From NCBI GenBank assembly GCA_964584545.1, contig CAZPAG010000001.1, positions 29,762 to 64,924 of the forward strand: DNA of 35,163 nt. The letters are read 5' to 3'. A program made the translations under genes and the position numbers. This DNA is from an uncultured Candidatus Saccharibacteria bacterium. Its GTDB lineage: Bacteria; Patescibacteriota; Minisyncoccia; Minisyncoccales; CAZPAG01. Below the pieces are notes generated by a model that saw only the letters and a list, made by a program, of their open reading frames with translations, was not told where the DNA came from and searched no databases. Positions within the stretch are counted from its first letter, which is position 1; every line of letters starts with the position of its first letter. This document shows positions 1 to 8,550 of this stretch, piece by piece.

Positions 1-99
1 GTTATAAGTTCCTTGAAACTGTTTTCTCAACGTTATAAGTTCCTTGAAACTGTTTTCTCAATGTTATAAGTTCCTTGAAACTATTTTCTCAATGTTATA
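1..99. repeat. 31-bp tandem repeat, 3 full copies plus a partial one (GTTATAAGTTCCTTGAAACTRTTTTCTCAAY), reaching the window edge
   Basis: Units at 1-31, 32-62 and 63-93, then GTTATA at 94-99; 1-2 substitutions between units; the third unit encodes the C-terminus and stop of the 64..1338 gene. Confidence 0.95.
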
Positions 100-1338
100 G
101 GCCCCGAGCCTCTCACCCTCAATAAATCCTTCGAAAGCCGCTTCGGCCAGATATCCCTGACTCAACCAATCAAAAAGCCACTCATCAACATAATTCGGAT
201 CCCCTTGGGATATTCCAAAACCGGATTTCTCAAGCCATCTTTTGTTGAAGTCTTCCTGAGAACCGACCGGGGGGGCAATAATAATAGGCAATCCCAATGC
301 GGAATAAAAAGAAAGCTCTGAGGGCTTTGTCCATAAAATATCCGTCTTCTTTAGCTTCTCGTTGAATCTCTGGAAATAGCTGTCAACGTCTTTTTCAAAA
401 ATTACCTCGACTCCCCCGCCTAAATTTAAATTCTTCAAATTTTTTGAAAAAAACTTTTTAACCTTTGATTTAATCCCGGCTGACAACAAAACCCTGACTT
501 CATTATTCTTGATTCTTTTTTCCAATTTTCTGACTATCTTAATACCAATCTCCTTCTGAGCTCCCGCCCCTCCAACCGAAAACATTATCGTCAGAGGATG
601 ACTGGATTTTTCAGGCAAAGCTCCCAGTTTTTCATCAACTAACGTCCCGTATTTCTCCAAATACCTTTTCTTAGGGTCAAGATTCAAAAGTCTGTATTTA
701 AAATCTTCTTTTAATATCTCCTCAGACTCTGATCCTATCAACTCCTTCGGCAAGGGATATCCTGTTAAAAAGATATTCTCCGGTTTCACGCCGTAAAGCT
801 CAAGTCTCTCTGCCGATCTCTGAGTTGAAGCAAAATATTTTATCCTGCTTTTTGAAGGGTCGAGGGGTGCCCAGCCCCTGGATATATCTGCGTCACAGAC
901 GACACAAAATATTTCCCCGGGATAATCGAAATGCTCTGCCATAAAAGCAGGGACGGAGAAAGTAGAGACCAGAGGTAGCGGATTTTTTTTCAGCATTCCA
1001 ATCAAATCCCTCCCCCAGCCGGCCCCGATAAAAGAGCATATCTGTTTCAACTGGGAAGTGGGCCTGGACAAATCCCTTCTCGGATAAAAACTGAAAATTT
1101 TCTGGAAGAAGTCGATGACAGAAAAGATAATGCCACCCATTAGAGGGACTCTTTTGAAAGTTGAGGCAAATTCATATACTCTTCTGCTTGTTTCCCAGAC
1201 TCTTCTATCTTTCTTGGAAATGCCTTCGTAATCGTTAGCCTGAATAACCTTGCCCGAGAAAGCCATACCCTTTAAAGGATATGCAGTTCTCTGGTGGCCA
1301 TAACCCATATTTACCGCAACTAACCATGCTTTTTGCAT
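64..1338 (-). CDS. GT-B fold glycosyltransferase, UgtP/MGDG-synthase (GT28)-like
   Basis: N-terminal MGYGH motif, SVGGAG, and TKPSELS..ALGLPIII.PPVGSQE..N matching the GT28 C-terminal donor-binding motif. Confidence 0.65.
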   Translation of the reverse strand: MQKAWLVAVNMGYGHQRTAYPLKGMAFSGKVIQANDYEGISKKDRRVWETSRRVYEFASTFKRVPLMGGIIFSVIDFFQKIFSFYPRRDLSRPTSQLKQICSFIGAGWGRDLIGMLKKNPLPLVSTFSVPAFMAEHFDYPGEIFCVVCDADISRGWAPLDPSKSRIKYFASTQRSAERLELYGVKPENIFLTGYPLPKELIGSESEEILKEDFKYRLLNLDPKKRYLEKYGTLVDEKLGALPEKSSHPLTIMFSVGGAGAQKEIGIKIVRKLEKRIKNNEVRVLLSAGIKSKVKKFFSKNLKNLNLGGGVEVIFEKDVDSYFQRFNEKLKKTDILWTKPSELSFYSALGLPIIIAPPVGSQEDFNKRWLEKSGFGISQGDPNYVDEWLFDWLSQGYLAEAAFEGFIEGERLGAYNIEKIVSRNL

Positions 1339-1347
1339 AACAAATTC

Positions 1348-1356
1348 ATTATATCA
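1348..1356 (-). promoter_or_regulatory. Extended -10 (TGaTATAAT) 9 nt upstream of the glycosyltransferase ATG
   Basis: Plus-strand attatatca at 1348-1356. Confidence 0.55.
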
Positions 1357-1380
1357 CGAAAGGATAAAAATAGGCTCTCA

Positions 1381-2880
1381 CTACAAAAATTTAAGCTTTT
1401 TTATCTTTTCAATACGCCGAATAATAACAGATAGAAATAAATAGAAAAAGACTAGAAAAATCCAAGAAACATCTTCCACTCCAAAAGAAGCCCAGGAAAT
1501 TTTGGAGAACCAGTTAATAACCTTTAGTATATATGTTAAACACAACCAAACGGGCCAAGATAAAATCCAGCCGAACCCCCAAAAGACCATTCCCGCAAAG
1601 CCCAAAATGAAAATAAGAATTGTAATTGGCGCCAGAAAGGGAACTATAAGAATATTGGTAAAAGGAGAAACCAAAGGAATATAGCCGAAGTTATATATTA
1701 AAATCGGCAAAGTAAAAGCCTGGGCGGACAAGGTTGTAGACAGAGTTGACCTCAGCGGAAAAAATCCCGGATTAGGAATCTTTTTTAAAAGGCCTTCTAT
1801 TGTCGGCTGGAGATAGATCATGCCCAAAACCGCTAAAAAGGAAAGCTGAAAACCGATATCCAGCGTTAAAAGGAAGGGGTTTAGGAACAGCATTATGGAT
1901 GCGGCAAAAACAACAGCCCTCAAAGAAGAAGAATTTCTGCCAAAATATTGCGCCAGCATAAAAATACCGGCCATTATCCCGGCCCTTACCCCCGAAGCCG
2001 GAGCGCCTATCATCAGGACATAAAACAAAAGTAAAGTCATGGAAAGATAAAACGCCTGCCGCCTCCACAAACCAAAGCTTAAGGCAAAAGACATAATAAG
2101 AGAGGCAATTATGGTGATATTCATTCCGGAAACAGCCGTAATGTGGCGGGTGCCGGTAAAATTGAATTTATCTTTCCATTCCTGAGGAATATTCTCCTCG
2201 TCCCCGAAGACCAACGCCTCCAAAAGCCCTTCCTGAGGCACAGACACAAAAGACTGGCAAATCTCCTTAAATCTATTTTTAAAAGATAAAAGTGCATTAA
2301 TTACGGGACTCCCGATATTCTGGCCAATCACTTCAATTTTCGGGAAATTCATCATCGAATAAACACCATCTTTTTTGAGATAATCCTTGTAATTAAAATC
2401 TTCAAAGACGGGAGGAACTTCTAATTTTCCGGTTATTTTTAATTTATCCCCGTATTTAAATTCAGGATAACGCCAAGTGCTCACCAGAATCTTTCCTTGT
2501 ACAGAAAAAGACTCTTTTTCTGTTGAAATTTTTTCTGCCTCGACTCTAAGCTTAATACTTTTTTCTTTGACGTCCGGCTCTTTATCAATTATGCCTATAA
2601 TAGTTACATTCTCGCTTGAATCATTAAGTCTGCTTAAGTCACTATCCGCCATATTTAATTCAAACTGTTGGTGGCGAAACATTCCGAAGACAAGGAATAG
2701 GACGCAACAACCGAAAATTACTACTCTCTTATGCTTCCATAAAACAGAAATTAGAATTAAGGCTAAAATCAAAATGAAAAATCCCAGCATTAACGGCTGA
2801 GATGTTTCCAAAATAGAATCAAGGAATATACCGCCGACAAAAGATAAACAGAAAAAGAGAAAGGTTTTGGAGGCGGTCAT
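1381..2880 (-). CDS. comEC: ComEC/Rec2 DNA-uptake membrane protein without a C-terminal metallo-beta-lactamase domain
   Basis: FNYKDYL OB-domain region, G..HITAVSGMN, GFQLSFLAV, many TM segments; ATG at 2880 overlaps the nrdG stop (TGATG). Confidence 0.92.
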   Translation of the reverse strand: MTASKTFLFFCLSFVGGIFLDSILETSQPLMLGFFILILALILISVLWKHKRVVIFGCCVLFLVFGMFRHQQFELNMADSDLSRLNDSSENVTIIGIIDKEPDVKEKSIKLRVEAEKISTEKESFSVQGKILVSTWRYPEFKYGDKLKITGKLEVPPVFEDFNYKDYLKKDGVYSMMNFPKIEVIGQNIGSPVINALLSFKNRFKEICQSFVSVPQEGLLEALVFGDEENIPQEWKDKFNFTGTRHITAVSGMNITIIASLIMSFALSFGLWRRQAFYLSMTLLLFYVLMIGAPASGVRAGIMAGIFMLAQYFGRNSSSLRAVVFAASIMLFLNPFLLTLDIGFQLSFLAVLGMIYLQPTIEGLLKKIPNPGFFPLRSTLSTTLSAQAFTLPILIYNFGYIPLVSPFTNILIVPFLAPITILIFILGFAGMVFWGFGWILSWPVWLCLTYILKVINWFSKISWASFGVEDVSWIFLVFFYLFLSVIIRRIEKIKKLKFL

Positions 2881-3575
2881 CACCTTATCTGGCAAATTTC
2901 AAAAAATGGGGCTATTGTTTTTTGAACATCCAAAAGCCATTCTTGGGAATACGGTTTTATTTTGACAAAGGCGGGATCAATTGTTTTCTCAGCCCGGAAA
3001 TTCTGCAGAAAATACTTTTTAGCCGGCGAAATCCAACGGACCATTTCCAGAATATCCCCTTTTTTATGGACAGTCGGAACTATCGTTGTCCTGAATTCAA
3101 AATCTATCTTACTGTTATTTAAAATTTTGATGCTTTCTTCAATGTCCTCAACCTTTACTTTCCCTCTAAAAACCTCCTTGTACCTGCCTTTTGGCACTTT
3201 TATATCCATGGCTACATAATCAATAAGTTTCTTTTTGATCAAATCTCCCAACATTTTAGGGTTGGACCCGTTAGTATCAAGCTTCACGAAATAGCCCATC
3301 CTTTTAATCTTTCTGATAAAATTGGGCAAATCTTTGTAAAGAGTCGGTTCTCCTCCGCACACAACCACCCCCTCTAAAAGCCCCTTTCTTTCTTTTAAAA
3401 ATTTAAAAAACTCCTTTTCCGGAAGAACAGGATGATCTTTTATCTTTTCCGGCAAAACTATTTCCGAAGAATAGCACCAGGGACAGGAAAAATTACAGCC
3501 GACAACAAAAACAGTGGCCGCAATGCGGCCGGGGAAATCAATTAGAGTAGTTTTTTGAAGACCGCCAATCTTCAT
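2880..3575 (-). CDS. nrdG: Anaerobic ribonucleotide reductase activating enzyme (radical SAM)
   Basis: CNFSCPWC (CxxxCxxC), GGEPT, KLDTNGS, EFRTT; adjacent to nrdD. Confidence 0.92.
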   Translation of the reverse strand: MKIGGLQKTTLIDFPGRIAATVFVVGCNFSCPWCYSSEIVLPEKIKDHPVLPEKEFFKFLKERKGLLEGVVVCGGEPTLYKDLPNFIRKIKRMGYFVKLDTNGSNPKMLGDLIKKKLIDYVAMDIKVPKGRYKEVFRGKVKVEDIEESIKILNNSKIDFEFRTTIVPTVHKKGDILEMVRWISPAKKYFLQNFRAEKTIDPAFVKIKPYSQEWLLDVQKTIAPFFEICQIR

Positions 3576-5704
3576 GCAACTTGTTTTAATTCCGTTTTTC
3601 TTATTTTAATTTTAAATTCCTTTCTGTCTTTAAATTCTTCCTGTTTTCCTGTGTTCCACTGGGACACCGGACGCAAATATCCAACTATTCTTGAATATAC
3701 CTCGCAAGGCTGCTTGATAGCACAATGGGGACAAAAAAAATGTTCCCCTGCTATGTAGCCATGGCTGGGACAAATTGAAAAAGTGGGGGTGAAGGTTATA
3801 TAAGGAAGATGATAGTTCTCAAAAATCTTTTTAGTCAAAGTTTTTACCGTTTGGATATCGTTTATCTTCTCTCCCAAGAATAAATGCAAAACCGTACCTC
3901 CGGAATAACGGGTTTGAATATCGTCCTGAAGCTTTAACGCCTCAAAAATATCATCGGTATAATTAACCGGCAACTGAGAACTGTTTGTATAATAAGGAAC
4001 CTTTTTTGTCCCCGCACAGATTATCTCAGGATATTTCTCTTTATCCTTTTGGGCGAATCTGTAAGCAGTGGATTCTGCCGGAGTAGCTTCCAGATTATAT
4101 ATGTTGCCCGTATCTTTTTGGTATTTCACCAGTTTTTCCCTCATAAAGTCCAGCACTTCAATCGTGAAATTTCTACCTTTTTTAGCGCCGATATCGCCTC
4201 CAATAAAGTTCAATAAAGCCTCATTCATGCCGACCAATCCTATTGTCGCAAAGTGATTGGCGAAGTATCCGCCCCTGGCCTTTTTAGTATCCGACAAATA
4301 GAAACGAGCGTAGGGGTACAAGCCCTTTGAAATGAAATTTTCAATCGTCTTTCTTTTTATCTCCAAGCTTTCTTCGGCCAAATCCATGGCTTTGCCGAGC
4401 TTTTCAAAAAATTCTTTCTTGGTTTTGGAAAGATAGCCTATTCTCGGCATATTTATCGTTACCACACCTATACTTCCAGTTTTACTGCCTGAGCCGAAAA
4501 GCCCTCCTCCGCCTCGGTTATAAAGCTCTGTCAAATTAAGCCTTAAACGGCAGCACATACTCCTTACATCCTCCGGTTTCATGTCTGAATTAAGATAATT
4601 AGCGAAGTAATTAGTGCCGTATTTAGCCGAAGCTTCAAAGATGAGGTCGAAAGCAGGATCATCCCAGGGAAAATCCTTAGTGATATTGATTGTCGGAATC
4701 GGAAAATGAAAAGGCCTACCCGATTTGTCCCCTTCAAGCATCGTCTCGTAAAACGCCTTATTAAATATTTTCATCTCTTCTTCAAACTCTCCGTAAGTTT
4801 CTTTCTGCGGGACACCGCCAATAATCACTGGCTGTTTGGCAAAGACAGGAGAAGGTTTCAAATCCAGAGTAATATTCGAAAAAGGGCATTGAAAACCGAC
4901 TCGGGTAGGAACGGCCATATTAAATAAAAATTCCTGCATGGCCTGCTTTACTTGTTGGTAGTTTAAATTGTCATAACGTATGAAAGGAGCAAGTAAGGTA
5001 TCAAAATTGGAAAAAGCCACAGCCCCTGCTGTTTCTCCCTGAATAGTATACAAAAAATTTACTACCTGGCCTAAAACTGCTCTGAGATGTTTTGCCGGTT
5101 TGGTTTCAATCTTCCCGGTCACGCCACCAAAACCTTTTAATAATAAATCATACAAATCCCAGCCGGCGCAATAAGGCCCGAGAGTATCCAAATTATGTAG
5201 ATGCAAATCTCCCGACTCGTTTGCCTCTCTGATTTCTTTTGGATAAACTTTATTCAACCAATACTTTTTAACGATGTAAGAAACTCCGTAATGGTTCATC
5301 CCCTGAAGAGAAAAAGCCATGTTCGCATTTTCTTGCACCTCCCAATCCAGTTTTTCTAGATACTGATCCACCCTGTCTACCGCTTCTTCAGAAAAAGTTA
5401 CCGCCTCCCTGATTCTTCTTCTTTGCTCACGATACAAAATATATGCTTTAGCGGTTTCCACCAACCCTTCCATCACCAAAACTTCTTCAACTATGTCCTG
5501 CACCTGCTCAACCTGAGGAATTTCATCTTTCTTAAATCTTCTTCCCAAGATTTTAATGACTTTTTCAGAGACTCTTTTTGATTTTACGCCATCTCCCTGA
5601 CCTACGGCAGTGATTGCTTTAAAAACGGCATTGGTAATTCTCTGTTGATCGAAGTCTACAATCGTTCCGTCCCTTTTTTGGATCTTTGTAATTTTGTTTT
5701 GCAT
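3572..5704 (-). CDS. nrdD: Class III (anaerobic) ribonucleoside-triphosphate reductase with N-terminal ATP cone
   Basis: KRDG ATP cone, RSMCCRLR, EATPAES, YYTNS, C-terminal Zn ligands and the glycyl-radical loop YSRIVGYLRPV. Confidence 0.96.
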   Translation of the reverse strand: MQNKITKIQKRDGTIVDFDQQRITNAVFKAITAVGQGDGVKSKRVSEKVIKILGRRFKKDEIPQVEQVQDIVEEVLVMEGLVETAKAYILYREQRRRIREAVTFSEEAVDRVDQYLEKLDWEVQENANMAFSLQGMNHYGVSYIVKKYWLNKVYPKEIREANESGDLHLHNLDTLGPYCAGWDLYDLLLKGFGGVTGKIETKPAKHLRAVLGQVVNFLYTIQGETAGAVAFSNFDTLLAPFIRYDNLNYQQVKQAMQEFLFNMAVPTRVGFQCPFSNITLDLKPSPVFAKQPVIIGGVPQKETYGEFEEEMKIFNKAFYETMLEGDKSGRPFHFPIPTINITKDFPWDDPAFDLIFEASAKYGTNYFANYLNSDMKPEDVRSMCCRLRLNLTELYNRGGGGLFGSGSKTGSIGVVTINMPRIGYLSKTKKEFFEKLGKAMDLAEESLEIKRKTIENFISKGLYPYARFYLSDTKKARGGYFANHFATIGLVGMNEALLNFIGGDIGAKKGRNFTIEVLDFMREKLVKYQKDTGNIYNLEATPAESTAYRFAQKDKEKYPEIICAGTKKVPYYTNSSQLPVNYTDDIFEALKLQDDIQTRYSGGTVLHLFLGEKINDIQTVKTLTKKIFENYHLPYITFTPTFSICPSHGYIAGEHFFCPHCAIKQPCEVYSRIVGYLRPVSQWNTGKQEEFKDRKEFKIKIRKTELKQVA

Positions 5705-5747
5705 CGTTTTTATAAAAAAATCTCTTGTTAGAAGAAGATATTAAGTC

Positions 5748-5776
5748 ATTCTAACTTAACAAAAAAACCGGGTCAA
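5748..5776 (-). promoter_or_regulatory. Sigma70 promoter for nrdD-nrdG-comEC (TTGACC-N17-TAGAAT)
   Basis: Plus ggtcaa at 5771-5776 and attcta at 5748-5753, 17-nt spacer. Confidence 0.65.
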
Positions 5777-5805
5777 ACCCAGTCAAGTCGGCTTCAAAAT
5801 TTAAG

Positions 5806-5814
5806 TTATCCACA
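5806..5814 (+). promoter_or_regulatory. Consensus DnaA box TTATCCACA upstream of the nrdD promoter
   Basis: Exact 9-mer in the ftsZ-nrdD intergenic region, about 30 bp upstream of the -35. Confidence 0.6.
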
Positions 5815-5816
5815 CC

Positions 5817-6746
5817 TCAAAAACCAGTGGCAACAAGAGTTACCTTTATCTCCCCCTCTCTTAATTTTTCATCCTGAACCGCTCCGAAAATAACTTTGGC
5901 GCTGGGGTTCACTTCCTGAGTGATGATTTTTCCGATCTCTTCAATTTCAGAAAGAGAAATATCCCTTCCGCCAGAAACACTAAACAAAACTCCCTTGGCT
6001 CCTTTGGGAGAAACGTCAAGAAGAGGAGAACTAAGCGCTGCTTTCGCCGCCAGCTCCGCTCTTTTTTCTCCCCGAGCCGAACTGATTCCAAAAATTGCCG
6101 TACCAGAATTTTTCATCACCGTTTTAATGTCGGCAAAGTTAACATTAATGATACCCGGCCTTATTATCAAATCAGAAATCCCGGAAACCGCTTCCCGTAA
6201 AATATCGTCGCAAGCCCAGAAAGCATTCAGAAGCGGAATTTTAGGATTTATTTTTTCCAGCAGCTTATCGTTTTCGATTATTATCAAAGTATCCACTTTT
6301 TCCTTAAGCTTTCTGATGCCTGATTCAGCTATCTTTCTGCGAAAAACTCCTTCGAAAGAAAAAGGTTTTGTCACTATGGCAACAGTCAAAGCTCCTGAGT
6401 TTTTAGCGATCCCGGCAACGACAGGGCCCGCTCCCGTTCCCGTACCTCCTCCTGCGCCATAAGCCACAAAAACCATATCCGCTCCTTTTAAAACTTCTGT
6501 AATTTCTGACTTGCTTTCTTCTGCCGATTTTTTTCCTATCTCAGGATTCATTCCTGCTCCAAGACCCTGAGTTATTTTCTTTCCAATCCGAAGCTTCACG
6601 TCTGCTTTAGATTTTACCAAATCCTGGGCATCGGTGTTTATGGCGATAAATTCAACGCCCTCAATGTCGCATTTTTTCATGCGAGAAACAGCATTAGAAC
6701 CAGACCCTCCGACCCCAACAACTTTTATCTTTTTTGTCGATTTCAT
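5817..6746 (-). CDS. ftsZ: Cell division GTPase FtsZ, ending at the globular core with no C-terminal tail
   Basis: KVVGVGG, NTDAQ, GLGAG.NP, GGGTGTG, PFSFEG, ends VATGF*; start taken at the ATG 4 nt after the ftsA stop. Confidence 0.93.
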   Translation of the reverse strand: MKSTKKIKVVGVGGSGSNAVSRMKKCDIEGVEFIAINTDAQDLVKSKADVKLRIGKKITQGLGAGMNPEIGKKSAEESKSEITEVLKGADMVFVAYGAGGGTGTGAGPVVAGIAKNSGALTVAIVTKPFSFEGVFRRKIAESGIRKLKEKVDTLIIIENDKLLEKINPKIPLLNAFWACDDILREAVSGISDLIIRPGIINVNFADIKTVMKNSGTAIFGISSARGEKRAELAAKAALSSPLLDVSPKGAKGVLFSVSGGRDISLSEIEEIGKIITQEVNPSAKVIFGAVQDEKLREGEIKVTLVATGF

Positions 6747-6750
6747 TTTT

Positions 6751-7965
6751 TTATGGAACAAAATTTTTGAAAAACCTTTTAAGAGAAACTCCTACTTTCA
6801 AATCAGGAAAAAGAGATCTCTGTTCCCCTTCCAAATCAGACCCTCCCAAAACCAAACCGCAAATAGTCGCCCAGGAAGGATCGTCTTTTAAGCCTGAGAA
6901 TCCTTGTATTTTGCCAATCCTGCAGGGTAATTTTAATTCTTTTTTGGCCAATTCTACGATACCCGGTATTTTTGCCCCCCCTCCGGTTAAAACTATGCCT
7001 CCTGGCAAAAGCTTTTCTCGGGAAATCTTCTTCAATTCCTTATTAACCTCCTTGAAAATCTCAGAAACTCGCGGTTCAATAATGTCTGCCAGCTGTTTTT
7101 GAGAGAAAACCAAGGGCTCTTCCTCCCCAATATCTATCCTTTCTTTAACTTCTCTGCCCTTCTGGCATGTCCCATATTCAACTTTTATCCTCTCGGCCAC
7201 CTCAATATCGGTTTTCAATCCAATAGCTATATCTTTGCTGATATTTTCTGAACCGATCGGTAAAACCGCCAAATGTGTCAATCCTTTTTCTTCAAAAACA
7301 GCCATCCCTGTGGTGCCAGCCCCGATATCTACTAAAACCACGCCTATCTCTTTTTGTTTCTCGGTTAAGCAAGCTCTTGAAGCGGCTATGGGGGAAGGAG
7401 TCATATCCGAAACGTGAGAAATATTAAAACCGGAATTCAAAACCGCCTGAGTTAAATTTTTTAAATAAGGAGAAAATCCTCCCAAGACCAAAACTTCCGC
7501 CTCCAGCCTTACGCCCTGTAATCCCGTCACCTCTTTCACTCCGCTCTGGCCGTCAACGATAAATTCTTTGGCATGGGCGGTAAAAATTTCTTTATTTGAC
7601 GGCAGGGAAATGGTCTTCGCTTCCTGTAAAACCCTCTGGACGTCTGTTTCGGAAATCTGCCTGTCGGCCCTGGATACTGAAACTAAACCGTGGGATAAAG
7701 AGGAAAACAAATGGTTTCCGTTGATGTTGATATAGACGGAGCTAATTCTCTTTCCGATGTCTGATTTAACTTTCGAAAGAAGAATCTGCAAGATATTAGA
7801 GACTTCACTGGGTTCTGTTACGACTCCTTTCCTCACTCCGGAAGAATTTTCTTTAATCTGGCTAACTACGTCCAGTTTTTGATCATCTCCTTTTTTCTGG
7901 ACAACCAAAACCTTTATATCCTGCGTCCCGATATCCAAAGCCGCAATTAAATGATTCTTTGACAT
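6751..7965 (-). CDS. ftsA: Cell division protein FtsA
   Basis: ALDIGT, DIGAGTT, AERIKVEYG, GIVLTGGGA, C-terminal amphipathic helix SLKRFFKNFVP; directly upstream of ftsZ. Confidence 0.95.
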   Translation of the reverse strand: MSKNHLIAALDIGTQDIKVLVVQKKGDDQKLDVVSQIKENSSGVRKGVVTEPSEVSNILQILLSKVKSDIGKRISSVYININGNHLFSSLSHGLVSVSRADRQISETDVQRVLQEAKTISLPSNKEIFTAHAKEFIVDGQSGVKEVTGLQGVRLEAEVLVLGGFSPYLKNLTQAVLNSGFNISHVSDMTPSPIAASRACLTEKQKEIGVVLVDIGAGTTGMAVFEEKGLTHLAVLPIGSENISKDIAIGLKTDIEVAERIKVEYGTCQKGREVKERIDIGEEEPLVFSQKQLADIIEPRVSEIFKEVNKELKKISREKLLPGGIVLTGGGAKIPGIVELAKKELKLPCRIGKIQGFSGLKDDPSWATICGLVLGGSDLEGEQRSLFPDLKVGVSLKRFFKNFVP

Positions 7966-8009
7966 AGTGGTAATAATTTATGAGGTCGCGACACGTCCGA
8001 TTTATTTCG

Positions 8010-8148
8010 TAATTGCCTTTCGGCAATTAGACTACCATCGCTCCTTAGAAACCCTCTGCTTCTAACGTTTTCCCGACCTTGTCGGGAAAGCCTGTTTTCC
8101 TACACGGAAGAACCGAAAGGTTCTTCCGACCCATCTCCGATATAGGAA
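8010..8148 (-). other. Cluster of four hairpins between ybeY and ftsA (candidate structured leader)
   Basis: Stems 8010-8029, 8045-8065, 8069-8089 and 8105-8128, the last enclosed by 8097-8104/8141-8148. Confidence 0.6.
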
Positions 8149-8150
8149 GT

Positions 8151-8549
8151 CTAAAATTTTATTTTTTTAAAATAGTACTCTTCTTTTTTTTGCATTTTTT
8201 TTGCCTCTTTTTCTGTTTTCTCATGATTCTCACCTAAAAGATGCAAAACCCCGTGTATTAAAACTTTTTTTAATTCTTTTTTAAAAGTTGAGTTGAAATT
8301 CTTAGCGTTTTTTCTTACCTCCGATAAACAAATTACTATCTCCCCCTCTTTGCCGTATTGAAAGGAGAGAACGTCTGTCGGCCTATTCTTTCTCCGATAC
8401 TTCCTGTTCAGCTCTTTTATCCTATAACTATTTACTAAAGCGACTGACAGGATTAGTTTTGACTTTTCCTTTGCCAAAACGATTCTGGCGATTTTCTTCA
8501 AAAATCCATCCCATGCCGTGCTACCGCCAAGATTGTTAATTTCTATCAT
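8151..8549 (-). CDS. ybeY: rRNA maturation endoribonuclease YbeY
   Basis: LN..YR..N.PTDVLSF, GEIVI, HGVLHLLGENH metal-binding motif. Confidence 0.92.
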   Translation of the reverse strand: MIEINNLGGSTAWDGFLKKIARIVLAKEKSKLILSVALVNSYRIKELNRKYRRKNRPTDVLSFQYGKEGEIVICLSEVRKNAKNFNSTFKKELKKVLIHGVLHLLGENHEKTEKEAKKMQKKEEYYFKKIKF

Positions 8550-8550
8550 A

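Noticed and set aside
1-99. CRISPR array (the unit begins GTT and ends AAC/AAT like many CRISPR repeats)
   Set aside because: Units are head to tail with no spacers, one is coding sequence, and there are no cas genes in the window.
7657-7668. 12-mer GCCGACAGGCAG in ftsA shared with the topA palindrome
   Set aside because: It has no second arm and encodes part of an ordinary VSRAD segment with no apparent insertion; likely chance.
7990-8040. Hammerhead ribozyme (stem followed by CGAAA on the minus strand)
   Set aside because: The CUGANGA core is missing 5' of the stem.
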